DNA from: Thermotogota bacterium
Lineage (GTDB): Bacteria; Thermotogota; Thermotogae; Thermotogales; DSM-5069
NCBI GenBank assembly: GCA_029551145.1
Contig: JAKPGA010000020.1
Span: forward strand, 466 to 64,465
Reading direction: 5' to 3'
DNA length: 64,000 nucleotides
The position numbers and the translations under genes were made by a program. The notes below the pieces were generated by a model. The model did no database searches and was not told the origin of the DNA. It was given only the letters and a program-made list of their open reading frames with translations. Of this stretch, positions 28,876 to 39,500 are shown piece by piece; the stretch's first letter is position 1, and each line of letters starts with the position of its first letter.

Positions 28876-30213
28876 ATGAATTTGCAGGTGGGTGAAAAGG
28901 TGAATCAGCACCCGAATGTCTTTTACGCTCTATTGCAAAGCGCTCTGATGGGATCTGTCGCTGGTGCCATTGTCGCTTTGTACAGACTTTTCATAGTCAA
29001 GGTAGATAACTTTAGAATGCTTCTGGCACTGAATCAAAGCTTTCTCTTGTGGGTATTGCTGTCGATATTCATCGCTCTTATCTTAGAGGTTATTGTTCGA
29101 AGACTTCCTTTCATCAGTGGTAGTGGTATACCACAGGTCAGGGCTTTGATCACAAAAAAGATGGATTACGATCCACTGAAGGTGTTGGCTGGCAAATTCG
29201 TCGGGGGTATACTGGCAATCTTCAATGGTCTTTCGCTTGGGAGAGAGGGACCCTCCATACATATCGGCTCGACGGTTGGACACTGGTTCTACAACAAGTT
29301 CGGCGGTCTTGATTCTCAAAGAGAGCAATTCATAACAGTTAGTGCTTGCGCTGGTCTTGCCGCAGCTTTCAACGCACCCTTGGCAGCGATTACCTTTTCA
29401 GTGGAAGAACTTCAAAGAAGTTTTTCTCTACAAAGTGCTTTGAATTGTGCGGTTGCGGTGGTCAGTGCAGATCTCGTCTCCAAATTGTTTTTTGGTACAG
29501 GTCCTGTACTTTCCATTCATCTGGAAGGCGTTTTGCCTGTGAAGTATTATGGATTGGTTGTCATCTTGGGAATTCTTCTTGGGACATCAGGATGGCTTTT
29601 TGAGAGATCACTTTTGTGGTTTGTTGATATCTTTAAGAAACTGAAAGGACTCAATATTCTGATTCCAACAGCCCTGGCGTGGTTTCTCATGTTGGGTCTG
29701 CCACAGGTATTGGGTGGTGGTCACGAACTGGTAGATGGTGTTTCGGCCGGCTTATTTTCTCTGAGGACTATTTTGATTCTACTCATCTGCAAGTTTCTCT
29801 TCACATTGATCAGTTACGGTTCAAGGGCACCAGGTGGGATCTTTTTGCCGATGGTTGCAATCGGTGCCATGATAGGTTCACTGTATCAGCAAGTAATTAC
29901 TTCTGCAGAGATTGTTGATGGTTTCTATCTGCCGAATTTCGCAATCTTAGGCATAGCAGGCTTTCTCACCGCTGTTGTGAGAGCTCCATTGACCAGTGTT
30001 GTGCTCACCGCTGAGCTCGTAGGATCATTTGGGCATTTCATGACTCTACTGCTTGTATCAATCGTCGCTTACACAGTATCTGGATTTCTCAAAACAGGGC
30101 CAGTCTACGATGAATTACTCAAAAAGACTTTACAGAATACTCATCCACTCACAGATAGTCAAGAAGCAGAGCTCTCTGTTGAAAGAGAAGGCGAGGGCAC
30201 AGACCCCGCCTAA
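28876..30213 (+). CDS. ClC family H+/Cl- antiporter
   Basis: GSGIP, GREGP (gating Glu), GGIFLP and a C-terminal Tyr. Confidence 0.93.
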   Translation: MNLQVGEKVNQHPNVFYALLQSALMGSVAGAIVALYRLFIVKVDNFRMLLALNQSFLLWVLLSIFIALILEVIVRRLPFISGSGIPQVRALITKKMDYDPLKVLAGKFVGGILAIFNGLSLGREGPSIHIGSTVGHWFYNKFGGLDSQREQFITVSACAGLAAAFNAPLAAITFSVEELQRSFSLQSALNCAVAVVSADLVSKLFFGTGPVLSIHLEGVLPVKYYGLVVILGILLGTSGWLFERSLLWFVDIFKKLKGLNILIPTALAWFLMLGLPQVLGGGHELVDGVSAGLFSLRTILILLICKFLFTLISYGSRAPGGIFLPMVAIGAMIGSLYQQVITSAEIVDGFYLPNFAILGIAGFLTAVVRAPLTSVVLTAELVGSFGHFMTLLLVSIVAYTVSGFLKTGPVYDELLKKTLQNTHPLTDSQEAELSVEREGEGTDPA

Positions 30214-31118
30214 ACTTGCACAATTTCAAGTTCGCTTTCCTTTGCCAGCAGCTCTGTGAAATGACGGCATGGTATCAGAACAGACTTCTTCAAGAGATTT
30301 GTGAGAACCTTCCCCGGTCCAACTTCAACGAAATCCGAGATATTCATCTTTGTGATATTGCAGATCGAATCATACCACAGTACAGGACAAGTAATTTGTT
30401 GTAACACATGATCTTTTATTTCCTGTGGATCTGTTGTTTCACGTCCCGTGCAGTTCATCACCACTGGCCAGCGTGGTTTTCTGAATTTGACACCTCTCAA
30501 TTCTCTTGCCATCTTTTCCTTAGCACTCTCCAGAAGAGGTGTATGGAAAGGTCCGCTGACTTTCAGCTCAACAACCCTTTTTGCCTTCGATTTCAACAAG
30601 TCCATAGCGACCTTGACACTGTCTTTGAGACCGCTTATCACTACTTGATCCTCAGCGTTGTGGTTTGCGACCCAGACACCTTCCAAGGTGGATATCTGTT
30701 TCTCCACTTCTTTGATCTTCAAACCGATAACGGCTGCCATTGTACCTTCTCCTGGAACGATCGCTTGAGAGATATACTCTCCTCTTTTTCTGACTATGTA
30801 CAGTCCAAGTTCAAAATCGTAAACATCAGCCGCGGCAAGGGCGGTGTATTCTCCCAAACTGTGTCCCGCGACCAACGATGGCAGATGACCACTTCTCATG
30901 AGTTCATCGAAGGCTATGTAACTCGCCAAGTAAATCGCAGGTTGCGCATTTTCTGTCAGTTTCAGTGTTTCTTCCTCGCCATTCATGAGTTGGTACATGT
31001 CAATTCCAAGTACATCCTTTGCCCTTTCAAAGAAAAAATATGCCCTTGGATAAACAGAAAAATCTTTTCCCATCCCAGAATATTGAGAGCCTTGGCCCGG
31101 AAAAAGGAAAGCTTTCAT
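30210..31118 (-). CDS. fabD: Malonyl-CoA:ACP transacylase
   Basis: FPGQGSQ, GHSLGEY, VSGPFH. Confidence 0.97.
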   Translation of the reverse strand: MKAFLFPGQGSQYSGMGKDFSVYPRAYFFFERAKDVLGIDMYQLMNGEEETLKLTENAQPAIYLASYIAFDELMRSGHLPSLVAGHSLGEYTALAAADVYDFELGLYIVRKRGEYISQAIVPGEGTMAAVIGLKIKEVEKQISTLEGVWVANHNAEDQVVISGLKDSVKVAMDLLKSKAKRVVELKVSGPFHTPLLESAKEKMARELRGVKFRKPRWPVVMNCTGRETTDPQEIKDHVLQQITCPVLWYDSICNITKMNISDFVEVGPGKVLTNLLKKSVLIPCRHFTELLAKESELEIVQV

Positions 31119-32053
31119 CGTAACACCTCCTCGCAGAGTTTCTTAACGGCCCGGTCGAACTCTTCAAGAATCTTTGAGATGATCTCTTTGACCGGTAGGA
31201 TTTCGTCTATGAGTCCCACCACCTGTCCAGCCATAAAGGAACCTGAATTGATGTCTCCCTCCAGAACGGCTCTTTTGAGACTACCAACTAAGACTTGTTC
31301 CGCCTGAAGTGGACTTTCAGTTTCGATCTGGCAGATTTGTTTTGCAAACGGTGTCTTCAGTACCCTCGCAGGATGACCGAGTTTTGAACCCGTCACCACG
31401 GTATCTCTTATCGATGCGGTGAGTATCTTCTTTTTGTAGTTGTCGTGAACCTCTGACTCAACGGATGCCAGAAATCTGGTGCCAATCTGGACACCTTCAG
31501 CCCCCAAAGCGAACGCAGCAGCCATCGACCTGCCATCCGCGATGCCACCCGCAGCAATCACAGGTATCTTGACAGATCTTGCCACCTTGTTGACAAGCAC
31601 AATCGTTGTTACTTCCCCGATGTGCCCACCAGATTCCATACCTTCTGCGATCACAGCATCTGCTCCCGACCTTTCAAGCAGCTTTGCCAACGAATCAGAA
31701 GCAACCACAGGTATGACCGTTATACCGTGTTGTTTCAGCGTGGGTATGTACTTCGCTGGGTTGCCCGCACCAAAGGTCACAACGGGTACATGTTCTTTCA
31801 AGACAACCTCAACAAGTTCATCTGCGTGAGGTGAGGCAAGCATGATATTCACACCAAACGGTTTGTCGGTCAGCTGCTTGAGAGAGTTGACTGCCTGAAC
31901 AAGTTGATCTGGGTTCATGGCTCCTGAACCTATGACTCCTAATCCCCCAGCGTTGGAGACTGCGGCTGCAAGTTTTGGAGTGCCCGCCCATGCCATTCCG
32001 CCCATGAGAATTGGGCAGTCTATCTTGAGTAACTCAGTCACCCGATTTCTCAT
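31115..32053 (-). CDS. fabK: Enoyl-ACP reductase II
   Basis: GGMAW, AEGMESGGHIG, AAGGIADG; located in the fab operon. Confidence 0.93.
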   Translation of the reverse strand: MRNRVTELLKIDCPILMGGMAWAGTPKLAAAVSNAGGLGVIGSGAMNPDQLVQAVNSLKQLTDKPFGVNIMLASPHADELVEVVLKEHVPVVTFGAGNPAKYIPTLKQHGITVIPVVASDSLAKLLERSGADAVIAEGMESGGHIGEVTTIVLVNKVARSVKIPVIAAGGIADGRSMAAAFALGAEGVQIGTRFLASVESEVHDNYKKKILTASIRDTVVTGSKLGHPARVLKTPFAKQICQIETESPLQAEQVLVGSLKRAVLEGDINSGSFMAGQVVGLIDEILPVKEIISKILEEFDRAVKKLCEEVLR

Positions 32054-32465
32054 CTTTCTTCACTCCTACCAAAAGTGTTGCAATTGCTACGATCTTTTCC
32101 TGAACCTTCGCGATCGCGCCCACTTTGAAAATGCCAAGCTTTGATTCTTTCAATTCAACTTCGTAGATGATTGTGTCACCAGGTCTCACCTCTGATTTGA
32201 ATCTTGCTTCGTCAATTCCAAGAAAGAGAGGTATGACATTCTGATTGGGCTTGAGCAACATGATGCCCGCTGTCTGCGCTAACCCTTCTATTATCAGTAC
32301 ACCCGGGTAGATTGGGTAATTTGGGAAATGTCCCGCGAAGAATATCTCATTGGCAGTTATGTTCTTCATTGCAACAACGTGATTCTCATCTTTTTCAAGG
32401 ACTCTATCGACCAGAAGCATTGGAAAACGATGTGGCAGTATTTTCATTATTTCATCGATGTTCAA
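32034..32465 (-). CDS. fabZ: 3-hydroxyacyl-ACP dehydratase
   Basis: LPHRFPMLLVD, FAGHFP, PGVLIIEGLAQ. Confidence 0.96.
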   Translation of the reverse strand: MNIDEIMKILPHRFPMLLVDRVLEKDENHVVAMKNITANEIFFAGHFPNYPIYPGVLIIEGLAQTAGIMLLKPNQNVIPLFLGIDEARFKSEVRPGDTIIYEVELKESKLGIFKVGAIAKVQEKIVAIATLLVGVKKDEKSGD

Positions 32466-33688
32466 CCTTGATACCTCCCAACCACAAGTGAGACGTTGTG
32501 TCCACCGAATCCAAAAGAATTCTTCACGAAATTATTTATCCGGGTTCTAACGGGGGTTTTACCAACAGCGTTGATGTTGATCTGTGGATCCAAGTTGTCA
32601 AGGTTAGGCATCGCATGTATGAAATCATTCTGCATCTGAAGAATTGCGATCACAAGTTCTGCAGCCGCAGCAGCCCCAAGCAAATGCCCCATAAGGGCTT
32701 TGGAACTGTTGACATAAGCTCTTTTCCCCAAAAGCCTTTCTATTGCCTTTGCCTCAGCCAGATCACCTGCAGGTGTGCTGGTTGCATGACAGCTAACATA
32801 ATCTATTTGATCTGGGTCTACTCTTGCATCCTGCAACGCCATCTTCATGGCCTTCTCTGCACCAGCACCTTCTGGATCTGGCGCACTCATATGATGGGCA
32901 TCGTCGTTCATGCCAAATCCTTTTATCTCTGCAAGGATTTGTGCGCCTCTCTGCCTTGCGATCTCTTCGGCCTCAATGACCAGCACTGCTCCTCCTTCTC
33001 CCATGACAAAACCATCTCTGTCAACATCAAAAGGTCTTGAAGCCTTTTGTGGCTCTTCGTTTCTATTCGACAGGGCTTTCATGTTCGCAAACCCAGTTAT
33101 AGGTAAAGGTGCGATCGTGGCTTCTGCGCCACCAACAATCGCGACATCGGCATACCCGTGTCTCACCAGCATAGTACCAATTGCCACGGCATGACCAGAC
33201 GCGGCACAGGCACTCACAGGTGCAAGGTTCGGTCCCTTTATCCCGTACTCTATTGCCACGATTCCTGATGCCATGTTTATCAAGAGCATCGGAATCAAGA
33301 ACGGGCTAACTTTACTTGGCCCTGAAGAGATGAATTTGCCGTTCTCGGTGTCCAAGGTTATGAAGCCTCCCATACCAGAGGCTATGAGAACGGCAGTGCG
33401 TTCAGAAAAATCCGACACGTTTATCTTTGCTTGGTCTAAAGCCTCCTTGGTTGCAGCGAGCGCAAAATGGACAAATCTATCTGTTCTACGGCAGAGTTTC
33501 TTGTCTATGAAACTCTCTGGATCAAAATCCTTTATCTCTGCTGCTATTCTCACCGGCAAATTACTTGCGTCAAAACTGTGGATTTTGTCAGCCGCTATTC
33601 TTGACTCTTCCATGGATCGCAAAACTTGTTCTTTGCCGATCCCTATCGGTGAAACTATCCCCATCCCGGTAATAACAACTCGCCGCAC
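32462..33688 (-). CDS. fabF: Beta-ketoacyl-ACP synthase II
   Basis: RRVVITGMG, SACA, CHATST, GHLLGA, NSFGFGGHN. GTG start follows GGAGG. Confidence 0.97.
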   Translation of the reverse strand: MRRVVITGMGIVSPIGIGKEQVLRSMEESRIAADKIHSFDASNLPVRIAAEIKDFDPESFIDKKLCRRTDRFVHFALAATKEALDQAKINVSDFSERTAVLIASGMGGFITLDTENGKFISSGPSKVSPFLIPMLLINMASGIVAIEYGIKGPNLAPVSACAASGHAVAIGTMLVRHGYADVAIVGGAEATIAPLPITGFANMKALSNRNEEPQKASRPFDVDRDGFVMGEGGAVLVIEAEEIARQRGAQILAEIKGFGMNDDAHHMSAPDPEGAGAEKAMKMALQDARVDPDQIDYVSCHATSTPAGDLAEAKAIERLLGKRAYVNSSKALMGHLLGAAAAAELVIAILQMQNDFIHAMPNLDNLDPQININAVGKTPVRTRINNFVKNSFGFGGHNVSLVVGRYQG

Positions 33689-33710
33689 TCGATCTACCTC
33701 CTTTGCGTTC

Positions 33711-33740
33711 ATTATAACCGGCAAACAAAAAGACGGTCAA
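33711..33740 (-). promoter_or_regulatory. Putative fab operon promoter
   Basis: TTGACC, 18-bp spacer, TATAAT on the minus strand; the -35 sits inside a small terminator-like hairpin (GGCGGT-ttg-ACCGTC-TTTTT). Confidence 0.5.
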
Positions 33741-33981
33741 ACCGCCACTTTACTCAGTGAAAAATCTGCCTTTGTTTTGTTAACATACAAACTTCAGGCT
33801 ATATTCTTCCTCTAAGCATGAGAGATATGAAACACATCTTGATCATTTATCTGCTCTGAAGATGACAGATTGATTCTTATCTTAGATTTGTTGAGAGGAG
33901 ACCAGCGGTTATCATTGGTTGAAAAGCAACGGTTTTGCCACCTTGGTTTTCTCCGGTGTTCATAAAAGCGTAATTTCAATG

Positions 33982-35370
33982 TCATATTTCCTGCTGTTGA
34001 AACGGTTTCGAGTAAAAGGCGAAGGGTTGTTTTCTGTTTTTGGCGATGTACATGGCCATGTCTGAGTGTCTCAGAAGAGTTTCAAGGTTATCACCATCGG
34101 TTGGATACAGAGCGATGCCAAAGTTCGCTGAGATCGAAAACACATTGCCATCAACAACCAATGGTTCTTGAACTATTTCAAGTAATCGTTTTGTGAAGGT
34201 GGTTATTTCTTCGACTGAAAGACCGTACAGCAGAAATACGAACTCATCTCCACCAAATCTTGCCACAATGTCATTCTCACGGATGGCCTTTTCAAGCCTG
34301 AGTGCAATCCTCTTGAGTATCTCATCACCTACCGAATGCCCACAGGTATCATTCACTTGCTTGAATCTGTGAAGGTCCATATACAATACACAAGCAGATC
34401 TGCCCGTTCTTTTCGCGAGCGCCAAGATCTTGTCGGCAAACTCTTCGAGCAGTCTTCTGTTTGCTAATCCTGTCAGTGGATCGTGGTATGAATAGTATTC
34501 CATCAGTCTCTTCTGTTCCTCGAGTTCTTCTACAAGTCTTGTTCTTTCGAAAAGTAGCCCAACCTGCGCAGCAAAAAGCTCTGCCATCTCTATTGATTCC
34601 TGAGTGAAGGCGTTTTCATCTTCGAAATTATCCAAATTGAAAAACGCGACTATTTCATCTCTGACCATGACAGGTATCGACAGAAGAACCTTTATCTGAC
34701 CAACGTGTCCCTCAGAGTACAGAAGCTTCTTTCTTTCTTCATCCAGATGAGCTTCATTTAACTTGTTCAGATCTTTGATGATCTTCACCCTACCATCCAA
34801 ACCCTGAGCCAATTCTGTAGGTCTGAAGAACATAGTTTCCAATATCTTCTTATCGTAGCCACAGAGATTGGTGAAGACAAAGAGATCACCCTTCTTCATT
34901 AACAAACTTCCTGCCTGCGCACCCGGTACAAGCTTCACTGCTTTTTCAAGAATGTACTGAGACGCATCGTGGGTCTTTCCTTTGAGAATTAACCGTGTGA
35001 ATTCAAGCATGGCTTCTTGAAATAGAGCCTTTCTGAGCAATCTGTCGCTGTAGAATCTTTCCTCCTTCATCTTTCTAAATACATTCATTAGCTGGTATAA
35101 ACTAACAAAAAACACAGTGACAGTCCCAGACAGAATGAGTTCTTGCAAAGATAGAAAACCTCTTTTGGGCTTGCATTTGATTCCACCTATGGAGAATTGA
35201 CCATCTGCGCACAGATCGATATCTGTAAAGCCCAAAGACTGGAGCAACTGCTCGGCATTTATTACCACGATCGCAGCTTTGTCTGGAATGTGATTAGATC
35301 TTTCTTCGTCGTAGATTTTGAAGATGAGTTTGATGTCTTCGTTCTCAAAGCTGATCAGATAATAAGACAA
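33982..35370 (-). CDS. GAF-GGDEF diguanylate cyclase
   Basis: HDPLTGLANR, RFGGDEF, RxxD I-site (REND), upstream GAF-like region. Confidence 0.92.
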   Translation of the reverse strand: MSYYLISFENEDIKLIFKIYDEERSNHIPDKAAIVVINAEQLLQSLGFTDIDLCADGQFSIGGIKCKPKRGFLSLQELILSGTVTVFFVSLYQLMNVFRKMKEERFYSDRLLRKALFQEAMLEFTRLILKGKTHDASQYILEKAVKLVPGAQAGSLLMKKGDLFVFTNLCGYDKKILETMFFRPTELAQGLDGRVKIIKDLNKLNEAHLDEERKKLLYSEGHVGQIKVLLSIPVMVRDEIVAFFNLDNFEDENAFTQESIEMAELFAAQVGLLFERTRLVEELEEQKRLMEYYSYHDPLTGLANRRLLEEFADKILALAKRTGRSACVLYMDLHRFKQVNDTCGHSVGDEILKRIALRLEKAIRENDIVARFGGDEFVFLLYGLSVEEITTFTKRLLEIVQEPLVVDGNVFSISANFGIALYPTDGDNLETLLRHSDMAMYIAKNRKQPFAFYSKPFQQQEI

Positions 35371-35611
35371 CCACTGCCACCCGTTTCAAAGTTCGATCCC
35401 CCCGGGTTTGTGATCACCGCAGTTAATAATAATACTTCATGGGAAATTAGAAATTGATTATAAAAGTATCGAAATTGTTGCAGATACAGCGTAAATAACT
35501 ACGCTATCGATGCACAGGTGAATCTGTGCCAGTTTCTTTTATCTTTGAGCCAACTATCCATAGCTTGTGATAGACTAAAAGTACGTATTGCTAACCTGTG
35601 GAGGTGGTTTG

Positions 35612-36769
35612 GTGAAGATTCTCTTCAAGAACGGTACGGTTTTTCCAGTTACGCAGAAACCTTTCAAAGGAGATGTTCTAATTGAAAACGGGAAGATCAA
35701 GCAGATAGCCAATCAAATCAAACCAAATAAGGGCGTTGAGGTAATCGATCTGACCGACAAGTATCTGCTCCCAGGTCTTATCGATGCACATTCACACATT
35801 GGACTTTATCCAGAAGGACTTGGAGCAACAGAGAGCGAAGGAAATGAAATGACAGATCCAGTCACAGCACAGTTATATGCGCTTGATGCCTTCTATCCAG
35901 AAGATACGGCTATAAAAAAGGCGCTTTCGGGTGGAATCACAACGGCTTTTGTAGTCATGGGCAGTGCAAATCCAGTTGGTGGGCAAGGCTTTATCGCAAA
36001 ATTCAATGGAAAAACAGCGGCACAAATGTGCATCGTGAACCCTGCGGGTGTGAAAATGGCTTTTGGTGAGAATCCAAAGCGCGTTTATTCCGAGAAAAAG
36101 GTGCTTCCAAACACAAGAATGGGTACAGCGGCAGTGATAAGAACCTTTCTGCTCAAATCGCAGGACTACATGAAAAAGAAGGAACTGGCTAAGAAAGAAA
36201 ACAAAGAATTCACCGATACCGACCCAAAGTACGAAGTTGGAGAAAAGCTGTTGAAAGGTCAGCTCACCGCGAGAATGCATGCGCACAGGGCAGATGACAT
36301 TCTCACAGCCATTAGAATAGCAGAGGAATTCAAGATCAAATTCGTTATAGAACACTGCACAGAAGGGTACAAAGTCGCTGACATACTGGCTGCAAAGAGG
36401 ATACCCGTTGTAGCGGGTCCACTCCTAACCTTTGCAACCAAATTGGAACTGAGGGATATGACTATGGAGGCGCTGAAGATATTGACAGAAAAGGGTGTGC
36501 TGACAGCCCTGATGTGTGATCATCCTGTTATTCCACTTGAATACGCGACGGTACAGGCGGCAGCGGCTATGAGATATGGAGTGAAAGAAGAAGATCTTCT
36601 GAGGATGCTAACGATAAACCCAGCGAAAATCCTTGGTTTGTCGGAGAGGATTGGATCGATCGAACCTGGAAAAGATGCAGATCTCGTTGTGTGGACGGGA
36701 CATCCATTTGACATGAGATCAACCGTTGAGAAGGTATTTATCGACGGTGAAATGGTGTATTCGAAATAA
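35612..36769 (+). CDS. Metal-dependent amidohydrolase
   Basis: PGLIDAHSH, KMAFGENPK, HAHRADD, IEPGKDAD. Confidence 0.9.
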   Translation: MKILFKNGTVFPVTQKPFKGDVLIENGKIKQIANQIKPNKGVEVIDLTDKYLLPGLIDAHSHIGLYPEGLGATESEGNEMTDPVTAQLYALDAFYPEDTAIKKALSGGITTAFVVMGSANPVGGQGFIAKFNGKTAAQMCIVNPAGVKMAFGENPKRVYSEKKVLPNTRMGTAAVIRTFLLKSQDYMKKKELAKKENKEFTDTDPKYEVGEKLLKGQLTARMHAHRADDILTAIRIAEEFKIKFVIEHCTEGYKVADILAAKRIPVVAGPLLTFATKLELRDMTMEALKILTEKGVLTALMCDHPVIPLEYATVQAAAAMRYGVKEEDLLRMLTINPAKILGLSERIGSIEPGKDADLVVWTGHPFDMRSTVEKVFIDGEMVYSK

Positions 36770-36771
36770 AC

Positions 36772-36795
36772 AAAAGGCGGCATCAGCCGCCTTTT
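36772..36795. terminator. Bidirectional terminator between convergent genes
   Basis: AAAAGGCGGC-atca-GCCGCCTTTT. Confidence 0.85.
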
Positions 36796-37211
36796 AATAC
36801 TTCAAATATCAAAGGTATTATCTGCAGTACCGCTTCATGCCTTGGTAAAGACACGATCAAAGTCTTTTTTCTCATTCCCACCGTTGGTGAAGTCAGCATA
36901 CATTCTTTGTGATGAGCGAGCATTTCACACAGATGCGTCTCAAGTGTGTAAACTCTCTCGTCACATATTCGCTTCACCGCTGTACTTGAGACTGCCGTAT
37001 TTGTTACATCTACGCCCCCGAGTATCATTAGAAGATCGACCTGCCTTTCAGATTGTTCGAAGATCATCTCCGCTATCTGATCAACATCTTGTGGTACCTT
37101 TATCATCTCAACCTGTACAGATAACTGTGCAAAAAATGATTGCAGTTTTTCAACAGTTAAACTGCTTTCGCCAACCAGTAGGCATGAGATCTTCATAAAT
37201 ATCATCTCCAA
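36783..37211 (-). CDS. Molybdopterin-binding (MogA/MoaB-like) domain protein, degenerate
   Basis: VDLLMILGG and GMRKKTLIVSLP match the MoaB/MogA fold pattern; canonical GGTG..RD is absent. Confidence 0.55.
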   Translation of the reverse strand: MEMIFMKISCLLVGESSLTVEKLQSFFAQLSVQVEMIKVPQDVDQIAEMIFEQSERQVDLLMILGGVDVTNTAVSSTAVKRICDERVYTLETHLCEMLAHHKECMLTSPTVGMRKKTLIVSLPRHEAVLQIIPLIFEVLKGG

Positions 37212-38617
37212 GGATCGTATTCACCTGAAAGGAACCTATCTATCCAGAAGGCTGCTTTCTTACCTGCACCCATCGCTTCAATGACAGTTGCAGCACCCGT
37301 TACAATATCTCCGCCCGCGAAGACCTTTCGCAAGGTAGTAGCGTAAGTCTCACTATCAACTACGATGTATCCATACTTGTTGAGACTCAACCCCTTGAAC
37401 TGGCTCAGCAAGAATCTGTTTGCATCGGTACCTATGGCCTCTATAACCATGTCGGCCTCTATCACAAATCTGCTGTCTTCGATCGGAATAGGCCTTCTTC
37501 TTCCCGATTCATCGGGTTCTCCAAGTTCCATACTGATACATTCCACACCGATCACTTTGCCCTTTTCATCTCCTATGTACCTGAGTGGCTGAGTGAGCCA
37601 TCTGAATCTTATACCTTCTTCAACCGCGTGGAGATATTCTTCCCGTCGAGCAGGCATCTCTTGTTCGGTTCTTCTGTAAACAACCACCACGCTCTTTGCA
37701 CCCAATCTCAAAGCGCTCCTTGCTGCATCCATTGCAACGTTTCCTCCGCCAACTACTACGATGTTGTTTCCTTTTTTCACGGGCGTATCATATTCTGGGA
37801 AAAGATACGCTTTCATCAAATTCACCCTGGTGAGGAACTCATTGGCAGAATAAACTCCGTTGAGGTTTGTGCCTGGTATCTTCATGAACTTGGGTGTTCC
37901 CGCACCAACACCTATGAAGATCGCATCGTAATCCTTCAGGAGTTCATCAACGGATATCGATTTACCAACAGGTGTATTCAAATGGATTTTCACCGAAAGT
38001 GATTCGACGTACTTTACCTCTCTTTCAACTATGGACTTTGGCAACCTGAACTCGGGTATGCCGTAGACCAAAACACCACCGGGTTTATGAAGTGTCTCAA
38101 AAACGTCAACCGAATATCCCATTTTCGCAAGATCCGCTGCTGCAGTAAGTCCAGCCGGACCAGAACCAACAACCGCTACCTTTTTGCCTTTTGGGACTGT
38201 GGGATCCACTGTTCTTTCTTTGACGTTGTCGGCCTCCCAGTCTGCTACGAACCTTTCAAGTCTGCCTATCGCCACCGGTTCCGAACCCGGTATTTTACCC
38301 ACGACACACCTTTCCTCGCACTGAACCTCCTGAGGGCATACCCTTCCACATATCGCAGGAAGATTGTTGTATTTTTTGAGAATTCTTGCCGACTCTTTGA
38401 AATCCCGTTCCTTGATCTTTTTTATAAACCCCGGTATGTCTATGCCCACAGGGCAACCACTCACACAGGGATGCGCTGGACATTGAAGACACCTCTTTGC
38501 TTCAGTAACTGCCTGCTCTTCGGAGTAGCCAAGTGCGACCTCGAAGAAATTCTTAACTCTATGCTGAGGTTCCTGTTCGGGCATTGGTGTTTTCTTCAAA
38601 GTCGGTTTCACAGCCAT
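37202..38617 (-). CDS. nfnB: Electron-bifurcating transhydrogenase large subunit (GltD/SudA-like)
   Basis: RCLQC..HPCVSGCP, GRVCPQEVQCE, GSGPAG, GGGNVAMD, AGGDIVTG; paired with nfnA. Confidence 0.9.
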   Translation of the reverse strand: MAVKPTLKKTPMPEQEPQHRVKNFFEVALGYSEEQAVTEAKRCLQCPAHPCVSGCPVGIDIPGFIKKIKERDFKESARILKKYNNLPAICGRVCPQEVQCEERCVVGKIPGSEPVAIGRLERFVADWEADNVKERTVDPTVPKGKKVAVVGSGPAGLTAAADLAKMGYSVDVFETLHKPGGVLVYGIPEFRLPKSIVEREVKYVESLSVKIHLNTPVGKSISVDELLKDYDAIFIGVGAGTPKFMKIPGTNLNGVYSANEFLTRVNLMKAYLFPEYDTPVKKGNNIVVVGGGNVAMDAARSALRLGAKSVVVVYRRTEQEMPARREEYLHAVEEGIRFRWLTQPLRYIGDEKGKVIGVECISMELGEPDESGRRRPIPIEDSRFVIEADMVIEAIGTDANRFLLSQFKGLSLNKYGYIVVDSETYATTLRKVFAGGDIVTGAATVIEAMGAGKKAAFWIDRFLSGEYDPWR

Positions 38618-39447
38618 GAGAGGTCACCCACGCTTTCTTTGAATTTTCTAAGGCTTAGTTCTTCTTCATCACGATACTGAGATAGTCTTACAAGTAACTC
38701 ATCCCAGTCCACCTTCGTGCCATCAAATTCCGGCCCATCTACACACGCGAATTTCAACTGACCATCCACGGTGACTCTGCATGCACCGCACATGCCAGTA
38801 CCATCCACCATGATTGGATTCAAAGATACCCAGATCTTCAATCCGAGTTCCTTCGCTTTGAGACTGCAAAACTTCATCATAATCGTAGGCCCAACTGCCC
38901 AGGCGACCTCGATCTTCGATTTATTCATCACCAAGTCCATCCCATCTGTCACAACTCCCTTGATTCCAAACGAACCGTCATCGGTTGTTATGATAAGTTC
39001 ATCGGCGATTTTTTCGAACTCATCGAGCATTATCACGTACTCTTTGCTTCTTCCACCCAAAATTACGTGGAGTTTGTTCCCGTGCTTTTTCAGTTCTTTG
39101 GCTATTGGGAGTAACGTTGCTATACCCACTCCACCACCGACGAGCATGACGTTGCCGAAATACGCTATCTCGCTGGGATTACCCAATGGTCCAGTCACAT
39201 CTGACAAAACATCGTTCTCGTTCATCATGCACAGTTCATAGGTGGTCTTTCCAACACCTCTCACCACCATCCGAAAACTGTCTTTGTAAAGATCAGCTAT
39301 CGTCAGAGGTATTCGTTCACCTTTTTCATGCGCTCTTGCGACGATGAACTGTCCTGGTCTTGCCTTGGCAGCTATCTGCTCGTTTTCGATGACAAAATCG
39401 TATACCTGTGGCGCCAATCTTGATTTCTTGATGATTCTGTTTTTCAA
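38608..39447 (-). CDS. nfnA: Electron-bifurcating transhydrogenase small subunit (SudB-like)
   Basis: GERIPLTI, GGGVG, MVDGTGMCGACRV, CVDGPEF. Confidence 0.9.
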   Translation of the reverse strand: MKNRIIKKSRLAPQVYDFVIENEQIAAKARPGQFIVARAHEKGERIPLTIADLYKDSFRMVVRGVGKTTYELCMMNENDVLSDVTGPLGNPSEIAYFGNVMLVGGGVGIATLLPIAKELKKHGNKLHVILGGRSKEYVIMLDEFEKIADELIITTDDGSFGIKGVVTDGMDLVMNKSKIEVAWAVGPTIMMKFCSLKAKELGLKIWVSLNPIMVDGTGMCGACRVTVDGQLKFACVDGPEFDGTKVDWDELLVRLSQYRDEEELSLRKFKESVGDLSWL

Positions 39448-39500
39448 ACCGTTTCACCTCCCATTAAACTTCTCTGCCCATATCTATTCAATTATAGACA

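Noticed and set aside
30408-31307. 299-aa plus-strand ORF
   Set aside because: Antisense shadow of fabD/fabK with no recognisable motif.
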